A DNA stretch of 60,491 nucleotides, counting the filler, from Hausera hauseri (lineage: Eukaryota), in NCBI GenBank assembly GCA_046269625.1. It is 11 parts of 11 records of this genome, joined end to end, with 100 filler letters (N's around TTAATTAATTAA, not from the genome) between each part and the next. Parts side by side here need not be neighbours in the genome. Positions count along the whole stretch, not along the records: positions 20,765 to 26,639 come from JBJURY010176194.1; positions 26,740 to 31,144 come from JBJURY010597667.1; positions 31,245 to 36,693 come from JBJURY010253292.1; positions 36,794 to 41,424 come from JBJURY010496463.1; 7 more parts are not named here. One strand, given 5' to 3'. The notes beneath the pieces are model-generated. The model was given only the letters and a program-made list of their open reading frames with translations, was not told where the DNA came from and did no database searches. Position numbers and translations under genes: made by a program. This document shows, in pieces, positions 24,830 through 37,664 of this stretch. Positions within the stretch are counted from its first letter, which is position 1. The number at the start of each line of letters is the position of its first letter.

Positions 24830-26639
24830 TACGGCTTGACAATTGTATTCATCGGCGAAATTTATTTTCGGTAATTGTGACAGTAATGTTTTCTTGTATT
24901 TTCGATTTCACGACGTCCATGAAACTCGCCTCAGTCTTTTTATATATTTATTGGTAGACTTACTTACATTTGGGGAAGTATTATTATTGTCATCCTCCTG
25001 TCCATTAAGCGTACTGTATGGTGAGTTATTCTCTAAATCTTTATTTTTGTCTTTGAGTATTCTTCTTTTTCATTTTGCGTCATGTCTTGCTAGAAAACAA
25101 CTATCTGCTGCTGGTATGAAGGCGATTAAACTTTTCCATGAGCATCAATCTGCTGCGTGGATCTCATAAGCTTTACTGAGAACTGTAAATATCGTTCGCA
25201 GTGTGCTAATTATGAAATATATAGCTAAAAATCCTGAGTCTCCTTTGCCAAAATATAAAAACTTTCCCCACATCTTTTCCACTACATTTCGAGTGACCTT
25301 TATAAGGTAATCTCGACCCATCAGATTTTCCCATTGTGGTGATCCTTCACCATCCCACATCACTTTTCTGGTTAATTCTGTTATTACTCGTTGTCGCTGT
25401 TGTGGAAATAACAGCATCCGTCTATATCTTCTAAATTCTGTTCGGTATAGATTTTTTCCTGGGGTATAACGGTAAGTGGTTCAAATTTATGATTTTTCTG
25501 TAAGTTTATTAAACTGAGTGTTTCGGGCGGTGTTACACGTTCCCGTTTCGGCATTCTTATCCATTGATCGTTTATCTTAAACATTGGCTACATATGTGCA
25601 ATTTATCAATAAGGTTGGCTTAACTTCAGCGTCTAAAAGAATTCTTGTTACTGGCATCACGTATCTTGGCTCGTTATTATAGTCCACCGGTAGTTCAGTC
25701 GTACATTCCGTAGTGGGTCTCAATTTAACTTCTACTTTCTTGCATTCTATTGTAATCAATACTTCACCCATAATCCTTCCAATTACTCCTTCGCCAAAGG
25801 GCATTACTGGTGCTACCATATCTGGATTAGTTATCACTACAGCCAGGTTATTCCTCATTATTTCGTAATTCAGCTTGCATTCGTTCATTATTATTTCTCT
25901 GTATAAACTTCTGATCTCTGTTCTTATCTAATTGATTAAGAAATCAATTTTGTTATCAAAATACTGCGTTAACTTTATATCCCTTTTATCTAATTTCATT
26001 CTGGCACCATGGATTTCTTTTAATGACAAATGTATGCCTTTGTAATTGGTTTTGGATATATCTTCATTACATTTTCTTATCGTTCCGGGAATTTTAAGTC
26101 ACATCATATCCTCAGGATTTTCTGAGTATAACACCGTAGCAACTTCCGTCATTCTTACGTCTTTTTGTCCTTCCTTAAAAGTAGCTGTTTCTTTTTCTGC
26201 TCTTTCCTACCGTTTTATTGAACTTTCCTTCTTTTAGTAACGTAAGATAGCATTTACCCATTGATACTTCCCACGTCATTTTAGATTCTCCGGTGTCGCA
26301 TTCGCCGTTTTCATACTCACATTCACTCATGGTAGTCATTATTTTGGTTTGGGAATCAAACAGTGCTTCATATTCTTTTAATTGGACTTGATAATCCTCA
26401 ATGGCAACTGTTCTTGGCGCGATAATACCTCCTACATCATAATTTATTCCAACATAATAGCCTTCACTAGATTTGTTAATCTTTCCAGCTATGAAAATTC
26501 GAGTGTATTTTATTTTATTCCGTACAGCTAGTATTTGAGCGTTTTGGACAGTGATCACTCCTATTTTAAATGCATCCTGACATTCAGCTCGTGAAATAAT
26601 TATCGGTTCGAACGGAGTTGTAGGCTCTACTATGGCAGA
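24830..26639 (-). pseudogene. env: Chuvirus/Jingchuvirales-type (class III, gB-like) fusion glycoprotein (env), upstream of protease
   Basis: Cys pattern and motifs typical of chuviral G: ISRAEC, CEYENGECDTGESKMTW, CKLNYEIMRNNLAVVITNPDMVA, GEVLITIECKKVEV..CTTELPV..PVTRIL, FKINDQW, IYT, LFPQQR, WGKFLYFG..GFLAIYF. Confidence 0.85.
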
Positions 26640-26739
26640 NNNNNNNNNNNNNNNNNNNNNNNNNNNNNNNNNNNNNNNNNNNNTTAATTAATTAANNNNN
26701 NNNNNNNNNNNNNNNNNNNNNNNNNNNNNNNNNNNNNNN

Positions 26740-26900
26740 ACTACCACATACTCACACTTTGTTCTGCATAGCGGACAAGACATTTTCCTGCTTAGCCATT
26801 TCTACAAACAGCCTATGCAGAAAGTATGTGTGTCGCATGTCGCCAATCTCATTGTTTTATCAGACATCTGCTCCCAACAAATCGGATAAGTTTTCAACAT
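26740..26900 (-). pseudogene. RING-finger ORF downstream of Polinton PolB
   Basis: MLKTYPICWEQ..TCDTHTFCIGCL*KWLSRKMSCPLCR; the first Cys is replaced by Tyr and there is one in-frame TAG. Confidence 0.75.
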
Positions 26901-27074
26901 TTTGAAATAATGAAAGATTAATGCAAGTAAATGTCGCTCTGTATTGATTATTCAAAATTATCGATTTTATTGATCTAAGTTTTACTTGGTCTTAACATAT
27001 ATAATAGTTACATGGCCTTATCCCACATTACTTGATCAAAAAGACAACACGATATTTCTATACAACATTTATTG

Positions 27075-27119
27075 AACAAAGAATAACAAAGAATAACAAA
27101 GAATAACAAAGAATAACAA
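27075..27119. repeat. 10-bp tandem repeat (AACAAAGAAT) x~4.5 in the PolB 3' region
   Basis: Direct reading; the homologous region near 53965 has a single unit. Confidence 0.9.
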
Positions 27120-27130
27120 TGTGTACATAG

Positions 27131-30100
27131 TTACAATAATGCCACATGTCCATTAGGTAGTGTCTGAATTCCGTCTTCAAGAATGTGCCTCTTGTTATCG
27201 AACCAATCGAGACTTTTCTTCCGCAGCGCAACTGTAGCAATCTGATGTACCCGGGACTGGATCCTTTTCATATCGCTGACTATGTGACTTTGCTCCCGCA
27301 ACACTCTCAAAATCTCCAAAGCCATTGTCTTTAGCTAATGTTGCCCTTTGAACTCCCTTGGCTCGCTTCTTTACCTGACCACTTATATCGATGGCGTATA
27401 TTGTTTATCTCAATGCCACCAAACGGGTGATGATCTTCCCATTCACCTCGTTTTAGAACTTCCCGAGGACCATCTTGTTGGTTATTGAATAATTTGGATG
27501 ATCCTTCGGATAGTATGAGGTATCCATATACTGCGCCAATTTTGCATACTTTTCAAAGACATCATCTGTGTGGATCTGGTATATGAAACTGTCCGTATCT
27601 ATGTACATTAGCTGGAGCTACTTTAATGTAGGGGCCATGATGTTGTAATGAAAATCATACATCAATGTCTTGGATAGATCCAATATGGACATGCCCACAT
27701 ATATAGGCTTGTTAAACTCAAGTAATAGATGCTTACCAGGTTCTCTGTGTAGATTGTGCTGCTGTGGAAGTTGGGCTTAGCGATGAGTTTCTTTTCCCGC
27801 TTCCAGTCACATACCAGCTCAATGTTTATCCGGTTCCGAATGTTCTCCATAGTTTTGCCAAAGACCGAATTGTTGTAAAGTTTGAATTGGTCTTTTTCAA
27901 ACTCGTTCTCGGCATTGGCCCTCCATTGGGTATTGAGGTCTATGTATGGATTCAGCCATTTGGACTGGCTGAACTGTAGGGCCCGATGAATCCTGATGAC
28001 TTGGAGACCACTTTGGATGGCCTGTTGGAGATTTATGTAGTAGGATACATACCTTTCCCTGTTTTCAAGGTGACAGAGCAGCTTCTTATGCTTTCCATGG
28101 GGCAGAGACTTGCTCTCCGGCAGAAATCGCAGCTGCTCATGCCTTGTGAGGTATCTATATGGGTATTCTACATCCATCTTCAGTATATAGCCCGTATTTA
28201 CAGTGGGATTTAGGTCTAATATTTGGATGTCTTCAGGATTCTCGACCCATTTGAAGCTATCATAGGGCAATGGGTTACTCATTGTCCATCCATACAAGTT
28301 GTTGGCATCCAGATATGATATATATATGAGGATGCCTTTGATGGATCATAATCTTCTATGTATTTGTTGTTGGCCTCACTGTACCTGTAAATGGCCTGGC
28401 ATATTCACCCATGATGCTTCTTTCAACCATAAGGACCATATTGTAATCCTTCAATACCTGGAGCCTTATGCCGGTATAGCGCAGAATCGCTGCCCAGCTC
28501 ATTCCTGGAGCTGTAAAGAAATGGCCTGGATCTAATTTATGACTCTTAAGGATCACATTCCGGAAGCTGTCGAAGACATCTGTAAGCAGCAGAACATCTG
28601 TGAGGAGATAGATATCACTGTATTCCCTTATTTTCCTGCACTGGAAGGTTTGCCATACTCTTTGGGCATGCTATAATCAGCATCGCTAATATGACTGGAT
28701 GAAAACTGACTATAAAAATCCTGCTTGACCGGTAATACTTCTTCATGCAGTGTTTCCCATAATGTTATATAGTCATAGGGGAACACGCCTTTCTTCTTGT
28801 CGAGGTCAAATGCAGTGGGGAAGAACCTCTTCATCTTCTTGAGTTCTTTTGCAGGGAGGTTCTTCACTAAATAATCCAGTACAAAAACATGAAGCGGAAG
28901 CTCTCTATGAATCGAAGTCTAATGCGGCCCACATGCTTAGTGAAGGTAATATATTTTTCCTCACTGTTTGGAATGACATCAGTGTTCCACTCAATATTAC
29001 GCAGTTCCCGAACAATAAAGTAGGAGTCATAGCCACTGAGATTATGGAAAACTATAGGCACATATTTGCATGTTTTGCGACGTAAATTTCAGTTGTTGCA
29101 TGCTACACCTCGATATTTGCATGTAAAATGGCAATGATCTCTGACTTTATAATTATCCTTGGTGAAGGGCTTGTCGCACAAGTAACATGTTGTTGCCTTG
29201 CGCCACTCATCTTCTTGCTACTTCGACATGCTCATATTATCCTTATGCTGTTGAAGTATGTTTTCAAGTCCTTTCATGAAATGTGCTGCTGCACCTGGAC
29301 CTCTGAACAGAAATGGTTCATTGTTCAGTCCTTTGGCATACATACAATATGGTGAGAGTTCATGATATTGGTATGCTGTCGTGCTGCTATGTTGGAGATT
29401 AGGGCTGCAGCTGTGAACTGGGCTGAGAATGGCCTCAAAATCACAATAAACGACAATCGGCACCTTCTGCGTCTTCTCGAACTCCTTGAATTCCAGGTAA
29501 TCCTCCTTGGGGAATTCTGCTCGGATGCAATAGTTTGTATTACAGTAGGTCTTGTGTGTCACCAGCATTTCTGCGGCTGTGTCCCCATTAAAATGAGTAA
29601 AGTATCTCTTGCATATTTCCAGCCTTGATTTATGCTTGGATATTTGGGATTTTACGAGGTGCTCAAAATTCTTGATAAAAATAAAATGTCTGATTTCTCC
29701 ATCATCTAGCACGAGTATATCCCTGTGATCCTTCAATTTCTTCTTGCACATATGTAGTGGATAAAATTTGTCCTCCTCCAATCCGAAGATGTTGACTGAG
29801 ATGTTGTTCACGCTATTAAATTTCACGACTTCATCTAGGCTCAGCGGGAATGAAGTACAGCTGAAGTCGCATGTGTGCTGCACTTTGTCATATATTCAAA
29901 TTCGGAAAGCATTATGTTGATCCTGGACTAGTTTTGATAAAATGGCATACATGAAACACATATTGTCATTATTATGGACATTAACACATGTCCTTTCTTA
30001 ACTATTCACTCAGGAAGCAGTATGTAGGACCTGCCTCTCATGGGAGAATACTTGTGTACATGCACAAGTAATCTCTTTATTGTTGATAAAGTCCAACCAC

Positions 30101-31110
30101 TCTTTTTTCTTGGCTTTCTTCGGTTTCGCGCATGAGCCTTGCATAGTCCACAGTAATGAAATTCTTAATGTCAAAGGATTTCAATACTGTACTGTTCTTT
30201 GTCTTAAAGGCTCTATTAGACGGCTCTCCTTAGACATTGGTGAAGGTGGCTTCCAATTTGAAGTTCCACTTAAGGGCTTTCAGCTAAAACAAGTTGTTTT
30301 GGAGAATTCATGCTGCCTCCTCCTTTGAATATTGCAAGAATTCATGGAGCGATGTCCGCCCCAGTGCTGCTAAATAAAATATCGGCGAACTTTATTCTTC
30401 AGTGCAGCTGCGTCAACTGGCCGCTGCCTTGGCTTTATGATGGAGCATCTGCGGATAATACTTCTGATAGGCGTTTTGGTCCTGCATCAAGCCTTGCAAC
30501 TAAAGCAGGCTGTACAACTGGCTGTGTTGTTACAGCAGGATGCTGCTCATTAAATATAACCTTCTTTGGCTTTGAATTGAAGTCTGTCAAATGGGCAATA
30601 TGATATTTGTAAAACTGCATGTATTCTCCATCACATACAGCCTTATATTCAGGGCAAATATAATACAGGACTCAACTGAATTTGTATCCATAATTGCTCC
30701 TCATGGAATTGTGGCAATTCTGAGGCTGTGTATTGCACATGTGCAATACACATATGAACTGCATCTTTAATTTTCCTTTCGCATGGAAGTCGTTATTGGC
30801 ATATTGGTACTGAATATTTGTTTTTACGACTTGGTGAAGGAAATCAATTTCCGTTTATGGACATTGTAAAATTCCTCATAATTGATTTGGCACATTACCT
30901 CACATGTAGGACATATAATACTAAACCCTGTTGTACATATGGCCAAAGTACTTCTTCATAACACTGTGGCAATTTTCCGGCTCGTGGATTTGAGACAAAC
31001 ATTTGCTGTAAAGTTTGCACATCTAAAATCAACCAATTATTTGAGGAGCATAATTAAAAACTCACATTTCGTTGAAGTGATTTTGGAAATAATGAACAAT
31101 ATTGCCATAT
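27131..31110 (-). pseudogene. Near full-length Polinton/adintovirus PolB with Cys/His-rich N-terminal region, degraded
   Basis: VVYCDFEA, DHCHFTC.YRG (endonuclease VII-like insert), FHNLSGYD, KGVFPYDY, YLDANNLYGW, KLYNNSVFGK, YIDTDS, FDNKR..GH. The 5' boundary is approximate. Confidence 0.9.
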
Positions 31111-31244
31111 CACCGTGTACTGCCCCGCTTATTGACTGGTTTTANNNNNNNNNNNNNNNNNNNNNNNNNNNNNNNNNNNNNNNNNNNNTTAATTAATTAA
31201 NNNNNNNNNNNNNNNNNNNNNNNNNNNNNNNNNNNNNNNNNNNN

Positions 31245-31449
31245 TGACTACAATTTTATACTTGGAAATAATTATTTCCCTTTTATCTATCGGTTGCTTA
31301 CAACCCATTATTCTACATTTACCATTTTTGAAAATAACCAAAGTATATTTGTCCAATCTCAGTACACATTGTTGCAGTTTCCATTGATTGAATTGTAAAT
31401 GTTCAACTGTTCCACGTGTATAAAAAAGATAATTTATTGTTGCAATCAT
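31245..31449 (-). CDS. TBP-fold-like protein of probable viral/mobile origin (partial)
   Basis: LRLDKYTLVIFKNGKCRIMGCK resembles the TBP repeat signature (TALIFxSGKxVxTGAK). Intronless and highly divergent from cellular TBP. Confidence 0.5.
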
Positions 31450-32466
31450 ATTGCTTACATTTACTTTTTCTTGCGCCTTATATAGTTTTTATGTCTATGT
31501 GTGTGACGATTACATCCATAAAACATAACTAAAATCGATATTTTTATAATGCATTTGTCTAAAACCACATAAAAGTTTATGTTTTTCTTGCGTCTTATAA
31601 ATATTGTGTGTGTGTGCGACGAGGTTGATATCATATTGGTTACACCTAACTTTTTCTTGCGTCTAATATATTTATTTACGTGTGTGTGTATGTGTGTGAA
31701 AAATCGATTTTTACCTCAAATATTTGTCTATAACCGTATAAAAGTTCATGCGTTCAAAGTTCACATAAACGTAAAAAATTCGTTTTCCTCTTCTGTACGT
31801 TGATGGAGATGCGTATAAGCTTTGCGACACACATATTCATAATCTGCAACCGATGACCGATCGATTGAACCCCATTATGTTTAATTTGGACGACTTTTTC
31901 CCGTTACCCCTTGCCGATATTCGACGTTTCTCTTCGCACTTCTGTTCCGGATCGGGTTTTTTCCATTTGTACACCGTTTTCGCATAGCCCGCGTCTTTGG
32001 CTTTCATTCCATATGCTACTCGACACGGGCCGCCTTCATCAGTGCACACACTCGGGCTCATGTGACGTCATCGGTGCATCGTGCACCTTTCTTTCCGTTT
32101 CCGTTCGCCTACCCGCCGCCCAGTTGTTACGGGACCATGAACCGTTGGTCGATAACGTTTCCCACTTCCTCACAAACCATATGCGGGTTCTGGATCATTT
32201 TTTCCCCTCGCTCCGTGCTTCTGCGCGGCATCCGATGGATTTCGTTCCTTCGCCATTCGATGAGTCTTCCGTGTCCCATCATTTCTATGTGCCACACATG
32301 ACCGTGCACCACTTCCTTCTAACATCCGCATTTCTTCGTGCACTTCCCCTGCTTCCGGTGTGCACCGTACACCATCCACAGTGTGTTTTTTGGAATCGAC
32401 GTCGCCGATTCTATCCAGCCTTGCGGGTGTGCGCATCAAGTACGCTTCGGATTGGCTGCATGGGCG

Positions 32467-33332
32467 TGTGATCCAGAACCAGAATTTCTATACTAATGCC
32501 ATTTATTGCATTTTTTCATAAACATCAAAACCAGCTACTTTTTGTTCCAAATTATTTGGCAAGATTTGTCCAACCGATGTATCTGCTCTCACCGATAATC
32601 AATTCCTTTTCATAAAACGATGACACAGGTGAATTCTTCTTTAGTTAAATTTTTTTGTGTTGTAGCCTTAATACAGGTCAATAAAGACGCCCCAGATAAA
32701 AATTCAAAAAAGACGACAAAGAAATAAATAAAAAGCGAGTAAAATGCTCAACATAAATGCTCAGGCCGGTTGAGGTCTGCAGTGTCGGCAAAGAGGAATC
32801 GGCATATCTTCCGAACTGGAGATGATCAGTCTTGGGCGTCGGTTCCTGCGGACTCGACAGTTGGGAATCAGCTGGCTCTCTTACGGGACCAGCGATTTGA
32901 AGAGGCAGTGTACCATAGCTATCAGACTAATAAAGACGGCCAGGAACACCGACGAATCGAACAGTCGCCGACTCTTTTTGTCGGCTTAGAATTGGTCGAG
33001 TGTGGCAATAGGAAATGTTGGCTACGTGTGCATCCACGCTGACCACATCGTCGCCCAGCTTGGGTAGGGTTGGAAAATTCCCCCTTCCTGGTATGTCCGC
33101 AGAAGCAGAATTGGATCGTTTCTTGTGCTTACTCATTGAAAAGTTAACACCAGTTGTTTAAAATTTTATTATATCACAAAATACTGATTTTGAAACAAAT
33201 TTTCAGAAATTCCAAAATCAAATCACACTTTTAATATTTATATTTTTAATTTTAAATTCATTGTCGAATTTTAAAATTTAAAAATTTTACTAATTTAAAT
33301 TTAGAATTTCTGTTCTCAATTATATCCTCACA
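32467..33332 (-). repeat. 3' LTR (~866 bp) of Gypsy family C
   Basis: Termini TGTGA...TCACA, preceded on the minus strand by the purine tract AAAAAGGAG. The 5' part is homologous to 41680-41876. Confidence 0.75.
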
Positions 33333-36300
33333 TACTCCTTTTTAAGAATCTTCGTAGCTTCTCTACGTTTCTCTCCAAGGTTTGGCCATCTTCATGTCGT
33401 AGTACATATCGTTTGTCGTGTACTTTCTCAATGATCGTGTACGGGCCTTCGTATTTGTCTTTCGCCTTTGTTCCGGATTCCTTCCGTACCAGCACCTAAT
33501 CCCCTACTTCAAACGTCCTTTTTACTGTGGGTCCATCCTGATTCTCTGTGATCGTCACTTCTGTTACCCCCTTTGTCCCTACCATCTTTCTCTCTATATC
33601 TTTCTGCCAAATATTATCTCTGCTGGGCTCTTACTTGTCGTCTTCTGGATTGTCGCATTCAATGTAAATTCTATTACTGGTAGTATCTCGCAGTCCATTT
33701 TCGATTTTTCTGCTATCGTGGCATTTTCATAGTCTCCGATTGTTCGGAATTGTCAATGATACCTTTGTGTTGAGGTGGTATGGGCTCGAATAGCACATTT
33801 TATCTTCCTTTCTGACGCCATGTCTTTTATCAATTTCGACTCAAATGCTTTCCCGCNNNNNNNNNNTATTTTCATTGCTAAAATGTATCTTTTTTCTCCA
33901 TGTTTCGTTCATTGGTTCACAGATATCTATGTATATTTTCTCGAATAGTTCGTTTGCAGATGGGTTTACTGTTTCTTCCTTCGTGCACGGTGTGAATGTT
34001 TTTGCTGCGGTGACAAGCTTCGCAGTGTCGAATTCCTGTCTGAACTGCGTCTCGTATGTTATCCATATCGTAGTTACTATCAATGTATTTTATTACCTTT
34101 TCTGATCCTGCATGATATGGTTGTGTTATCATTTCTACTCGTCTGATCGTGGGTATCCAAATCGTACCTGTTTGTGTTTTTATTATTTCACTTTCTAGCA
34201 TAAATCTTCCTTGTTTTCTTCGGACAATACTTTCCTTTATTTCTTCGATTTCCCTGCTGTCCTTCTGGTATTGGTATGTTTCTGCTGTTTCAACGACGTT
34301 TACCCCCTGAGTCTTGCTTTCCTGTATTTTGGCGTCGTCGTGTTCTTGTAGACATTGGCTGCCTGTTTCGCAACTCATGCGAGATAGCATATCTGCGTTC
34401 ACATGGTCTGTACCTTTTCTGTACTCCACGTTGATGTCTAGACAGGATAGATAGTTAATCCACGTCTAAAATTGGGCTGTTATCGGTTTTTTGTCTTTAC
34501 CATTGCCTTGTCCGTTCTCAGCGTGAACCGTTCCGAGTTATACAAAATCCTTTTTCATGGTTGTTCATTGCGTGTGATCCGTTCGCAATCACCCCCTCGC
34601 ACTCCAAACTATCCTTCTGTGACAAAATAACTCCAATTGTGTCGAAGCTCACGTCCGTATCGAAGCGCTGCGGCTAGGGCTCTTTTCATTGACTAGAAAG
34701 TCTCATTACATTGCTCGGTCAATATTAGTTTCTTGTTATTTAATCCGCATGGTTGCAACAATGATTTGACCTTTGCTGCATAACCTTGAATAAATCTTCT
34801 GTAACAATTGAAGATCCCTAAGAAGCTTCTCAAATTCTTGATACATTTTGGTTTCTCAAAGGACTTAATTGCTTCCAGTTTTGATGGATCTGTCTGTATC
34901 CCCTTGTCATTCACTATATGCCCTAAAATTTTTTTCTTCTTTCTTGAGGATGTGACATTTTTCGGGGTTTACTCTCAGACCTGATTCCCTGATTTGCTGC
35001 AATACTTTTTCTAGTATCCTATAATACTCTTCTAGAGTCCTAGAGAAGATTAGTTTATCATCTAGGTATACTACTGTATGTTCAATGTTCCCTAGTACTT
35101 TATTCATTAGTTCTTTGAAGGTTTTCGGGGCTACTGCTATACCGAATGGCATCCTATTGATACAGCACTGCCCTAATTTGGTTAAAAACGCCGTCTTCAA
35201 AAATGAGTCTTTTTCTAACTCGACTTGATAGTATGTATTCCCTAGGTCGATTGACGTGAAAACTTGGTCCCGTATAACCTGTCCAATATTTCTACCACGT
35301 TAGGCATGGGGAAGGCCTGCCGTTCCGTTGTAAGATTCAGCTGTCTGAAGTCCAGGCATATTTTGACATTGTTCTTGTCCTTCTTCCATACGCATATCAT
35401 TGGTGTAATCCATGCTGAATTACATGACTTGATAATGTCGTTTTCCCATAGGTTTCGGATGGTCTCGTCGATCTTTTACCCTACTTTCGCTGGTTGCCTG
35501 TGAGGTTTGATATTGATTGGCGCTCCTGTCGTGTCTATTCGGTGTTTGATGAGATATGTGCACCCTATGTCCCACTTGTCGGCCATGAATACCTCTGAGT
35601 ATTTCTGTATGATGTTGAGTTGCTCTTTGTTGTCACTCTCGTGAAGAACTTCTTTCGCCCTGTTGACTCGTTTCTGTTGACTTGTTGACTGCCGAACTTG
35701 GCTTCTAGGTTGCATATATTTTGCTGCAATGTTTCCGTTTCCATGCGTTTCCACCCAGTTCTATTCCGAATGCCTTTTGCAGGTCCACTTCACCTATTAT
35801 TTCTGTGCGTAATTCCGACATTACCAGAAATGTTACACATTTCCGTAGACCCTCGATTTCTACATCTGTTGTCAGTGTCTCAGGATTGTCTAATCCAAGG
35901 GGCTATTGTGCGCACATTGTGGTATGGTATCCGATTTCTCTGTGTTTGGCAGTTTATTTGCGGTCTTCTTGCTTATGACGTTTACCCTGACCTCCGTGTC
36001 CAATAAGCAATCTACCCATCTGTCCTGTATCTTTAATTTGATCCCTGGTCGTTTATTAAACTTCCTGTATGATATCTGTTGGACGTACAATTCTTCTAGC
36101 GTGAAGATCTGCGTATCGTTCCCACTTTCTCCCATTCCGTTAAAGGATACTTCCGGGAAATTTTCCGTTTTCATAAATTTCCGTACTTTTTCCTGTGTAC
36201 TTTTATCCATCGCTATATCTCCGTGTCCCTTTCTTCTTGATACGTCTATACTGTTTGATATACTACTACTATTATATATAACGATATTTTGGGAAACTGA

Positions 36301-36693
36301 ATCTATTGTAGTGCCTCGATTTTCTCCACTTCTATCGAGGCTCTGCCTTTTGGGGCAACTGACTCCTGTTCTGATTCTGTTTCCTCTTCCTCAACTTTTG
36401 CGACGTCCCCCCGTCTTCTGTTCAGATTATCCTCGTACCTTCTTAAGACGTTGTAGATATTCCGTCCTGGTTCTTTTTTCTCCTCCAACCTTGTGTATTA
36501 CTCCTTTTCGGTATGTCCTCGATGGTGGCATTTCGCACAGCTAAGGTTGGTACAATTTCTGTAGCATCTTACTGGCCTTCTTTCGGGACACTGCCTGCTT
36601 ATGTGTCCTTCTTTTCCACACCCAAAGCATTTAATCGGTCCTCATGTGGTGCAGTTTCTACTCGTATGTCCCTCTTTTTGGCATGTGCAACAC
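33333..36693 (-). mobile_element. Degenerate Gypsy family C internal region (gag knuckles, PR, RT, RNaseH, IN)
   Basis: Repeated CCHC (CTCQKEGHTSRNC, CFGCGKEGHISRQC), DCLLDT, RMPFGI..YLDD, YRKGTDHVNADMLSR, IYIDI. Confidence 0.9.
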
Positions 36694-36793
36694 NNNNNNN
36701 NNNNNNNNNNNNNNNNNNNNNNNNNNNNNNNNNNNNNTTAATTAATTAANNNNNNNNNNNNNNNNNNNNNNNNNNNNNNNNNNNNNNNNNNNN

Positions 36794-37664
36794 ATTAAGG
36801 GAGCAATATCTATTAGGTCTATATCCAATATTTCTATGTCGATATTACTTCGATTACTAACCGGTTTTTCTCTGAGCCGGTGAATCATTTCTAGGCGAAT
36901 TTCATCCATCATACATTCTAAACTGCGAGCTGCTCTCTTTAATTTCGGATTTGCTTCCAAAGTGGGCAATAATGTCTGAGCTTTATTGACTTTTAAGTTG
37001 ACTCTATCTTCATTTTTATTCCATCCTTCTGAAAATTCTACTCCGCTTTTGATCAATGATTCTAACTCCTGCTTCCATTTTAATAACGTTTCGGTTGAAA
37101 CTTCTTTGGATTGTTCTAAGTCAATTGCCTCAGCAAACTTCCCCTCACTACGCAGTTTCAAACTTTTATATAACTTTTCAGCGTATTGCTCCTTTCCGGA
37201 TATATCTACCTGTTCGATAATTTGTTTAAGCCTTTCTAGGTCAGACTGTAATATTTCTGACTTATAACGTTTGTTTCTCAATTTCATTAATTTATTGGCG
37301 TTTTTCCATGAATGTCGGACTTTCCACTTCTTGGGATCGAAATCGTCAATATTTGTTGTTTCTTCCTCACTAATGGCAAGTGGGCAGATCTCGTTAATTT
37401 CATTAGTTGAGTCTTCAGATTCCGCTACTCCGACAGGTGTGTAAACCAATTTCTGGTGTATCCAAACTATGGTCTGTGTCACCTCTTACAACGACGTTCG
37501 GGTTTTCCGTTTCTTCAATTTTTTCTCTGTTTATTTTGGAACGTAAACGACTTCTTCGCTTAATTTTTAAAGAAGGGCTACGACCTCTATTTTTCGTACT
37601 TTTTAGTATTAATGGCTCCATAAATTCCTTTTCTGCTGTATCCGCTGTATCATCCTCAGTGAGC
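36794..37664 (-). pseudogene. Frameshifted continuation of gag region (charged/coiled-coil, unknown function)
   Basis: ORFs 37415-37621 and 36794-37482 follow gag and are partly conserved in the copy at ~19600-19880. No protease motif. Confidence 0.55.

Noticed and set aside
24830-26639. Stand-alone chuvirus endogenous viral element
   Set aside because: No N or L gene nearby, and G is in frame with the Gypsy protease in two divergent families.
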